Positions 61,687 to 64,000 of a stretch of DNA of 64,000 bases are shown one piece after another. This DNA is from Paraspadella gotoi. Its lineage: Eukaryota > Animalia > Chaetognatha. Both the position numbers and the translations under genes were made by a program. The stretch spans positions 6,429,462 to 6,493,461 of the forward strand of contig CM119268.1 in NCBI GenBank assembly GCA_051294375.1, in the 5' to 3' direction. Under the pieces are notes generated by a model. The model worked only from the letters and a program-made list of their open reading frames with translations, was not told the DNA's origin and did not search any database. How positions within the stretch are numbered: position 1 is the first letter of the stretch; each line of letters opens with the position of its first letter.

Positions 61687-63595
61687 CTGGAGGAATTAGA
61701 ATGGGACATAAATGATTCACGTTCATGTACTATCTAGGGAAAAAGTATATGACATTTTTAATAAAAGATATATCTACTCGAAAACTTATTTAATTTTAAA
61801 AAATCAAAATATTTCCGAATCTATATTAAATTTCCTTTCAGTTGCTTCCTTCTATTTTTTTGTAGGTCGAATCGTTTAGAAGTTACAAGCAAAAAAATAT
61901 TGTTACTTCAAATGAAAAATGGCGAAAAAAAATATATTTAATTTTCCACCATTTTTGGTATTTAGTTATTTGTTTTTATTTTAAATAGAGTTAGTTATTT
62001 TTTTAATTTGGCAATGCTAAAGGCCTTGCACCTCTTTCTGGTTCAAAAAAGTATTATTATAGCTCTCAGAAAAGAGGGAAAGATGCGCAACATTAATATC
62101 GGGGCTGCGCAGAATTGATTTTTACAAAGAAATAAATAATAAAATGAGCAAATAGCATATTTAATACAGATTTACATCGCCAGTGGAAGTGTTTTTCATA
62201 CTCTGTCCAATGCTGCAGATCGAAAAACCTTAACTTTTTTTCACATTTTGAATATTGTATTTTGTATGCTAAATGCCAGATCATTTTTTTACTGGCTAAA
62301 CGGTCTGAAATTNNNNNNNNNNNNNNNNNNNNNNNNNNNNNNNNNNNNNNNNNNNNNNNNNNNNNNNNNNNNNNNNNNNNNNNNNNNNNNNNNNNNNNNN
62401 NNNNNNNNNNNNNNNNNNNNNNNNNNNNNNNNNNNNNNNNNNNNNNNNNNNNNNNNNNNNNNNNNNNNNNNNNNNNNNNNNNNNNNNNNNNNNNNNNNNN
62501 NNNNNNNNNNNNNNNNNNNNNNNNNNNNNNNNNNNNNNNNNNNNNNNNNNNNNNNNNNNNNNNNNNNNNNNNNNNNNNNNNNNNNNNNNNNNNNNNNNNN
62601 NNNNNNNNNNNNNNNAGAGTTTCGCGGACCAGAGCCGGTTCAGGTCCTGCGGAGAGATTAAGGGTAAGTCGCGGGAATGCCAAACAGTTTGTTGGTAAGT
62701 CTCGCTAACTGTTGTTCAATACCGACAGCAGTTCAACTAAACTCAAAACTATTTCTTCAGCTGGACCGCCGCACGGGTCAAATTTCGCGTCAAACTCCTC
62801 GTCAACCGTTCCTCTCTCCATCTTCGCCCTTACCTCTTTCTCCCCCCCCNNNNNNNNNNNNNNNNNNNNNNNNNNNNNNNNNNNNNNNNNNNNNNNNNNN
62901 NNNNNNNNNNNNNNNNNNNNNNNNNNNNNNNNNNNNNNNNNNNNNNNNNNNNNNNNNNNNNNNNNNNNNNNNNNNNNNNNNNNNNNNNNNNNNNNNNNNN
63001 NNNNNNNNNNNNNNNNNNNNNNNNNNNNNNNNNNNNNNNNNNNNNNNNNNNNNNNNNNNNNNNNNNNNNNNNNNNNNNNNNNNNNNNNNNNNNNNNNNNN
63101 NNNNNNNNNNNNNNNNNNNNNNNNNNNNNNNNNNNNNNNGGGGGGAATGGAAAATTGTAAGAGAACGGTAAATTTAAAATTTAAATTAAATTAAATTTTA
63201 ACAATTTAATTGGTATATATTTTATCTCCTTCTACGTAGTACAACCCATGTTATCAAGACTATCAAGTTATTACTAATTAGAAAGTAAAAATTATTAATG
63301 AGTAGTTACTCATTAAGGAGAAAGGAAAATAAATATCCTTTCTCAAATAAATAAAAACAGTTCAAAGATTTATAACCAGAGTCATAATCCAATCACATAC
63401 AAAAAAAAAATCTTTTCTTCGCTCACCACCGCCCTTAACTATGTATCTCTTAATTGTGTTAGCGACGTCTGAAATTATCAACTGTTTTTATAAACTCATC
63501 CTCGAAATTTGTCCCGGCGAGGAAATCTTCATCTTCATCGTAAACTGGACTTTATACGATTAAATGAAACATTGAAACGAGTGAAACGAGTTCAA

Positions 63596-63630
<35 letters not shown>

Positions 63631-64000
63631 NNNNNNNNNNNNNNNNNNNNNNNNNNNNNNNNNNNNNNNNNNNNNNNNNNNNNNNNNNNNNNNNNNNNNN
63701 NNNNNNNNNNNNNNNNNNNNNNNNNNNNNNNNNNNNNNNNNNNNNNNNNNNNNNNNNNNNNNNNNNNNNNNNNNNNNNNNNNNNNNNNNNNNNNNNNCCT
63801 TTTTTTCGCTCTTTTCTGACCCAAAAAAATGAGAGAAAATCGTGAGAAAATAAATACAGTATTAGTCTTTTGGGATCGGAAAACGAGATCGGCGCGTGGA
63901 TGGATTTAACAATGAAAAAACAGAGAAAAACAGTGAAACACTCCAACTTTTTTTTTTGAGGAAATAAACAAGGAATTTTGAGGGTTTTCTCTGTTTTAAT

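Overview
This is AT-rich, microsatellite-dense metazoan genomic DNA with GT-AG introns, from a gapped draft assembly; it is not prokaryotic. I cannot identify the taxon. Most ORF-track entries are simple-repeat or N-gap noise. Hand splicing supports two genes, both on the - strand. The first is a 15-exon MYT1/MYT1L/ST18-family C2HC zinc-finger gene at 2421-8707, with candidate upstream exons at 17812-17882 and 26241-26328. The second is the 3' four exons of an IRF2BP-family gene at 49338-61686, with the conserved middle domain and C3HC4 RING. A third, less certain candidate is a convergent + strand gene at 270-1585 encoding a Cys-rich protein with furin-type RKKR/RKRR sites, which I do not recognise. 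Large indel-riddled tandem copies (10378-18856, 36040-38160, 26620-27700) and a noisy 51141-61490 block follow exactly 25-N gaps and look like long-read gap-filling artefacts. Mobile and repeat content includes a LINE 3' end, a degraded R2-like (RLE) retrotransposon, a foldback MITE, a Helentron-like terminus, a dispersed structured repeat and a candidate HDV-like ribozyme. No clearly new multi-gene system is evident. The best leads are the unknown Cys-rich precursor, the HDV-like fold and an MRE-like cluster upstream of the MYT1-like gene.
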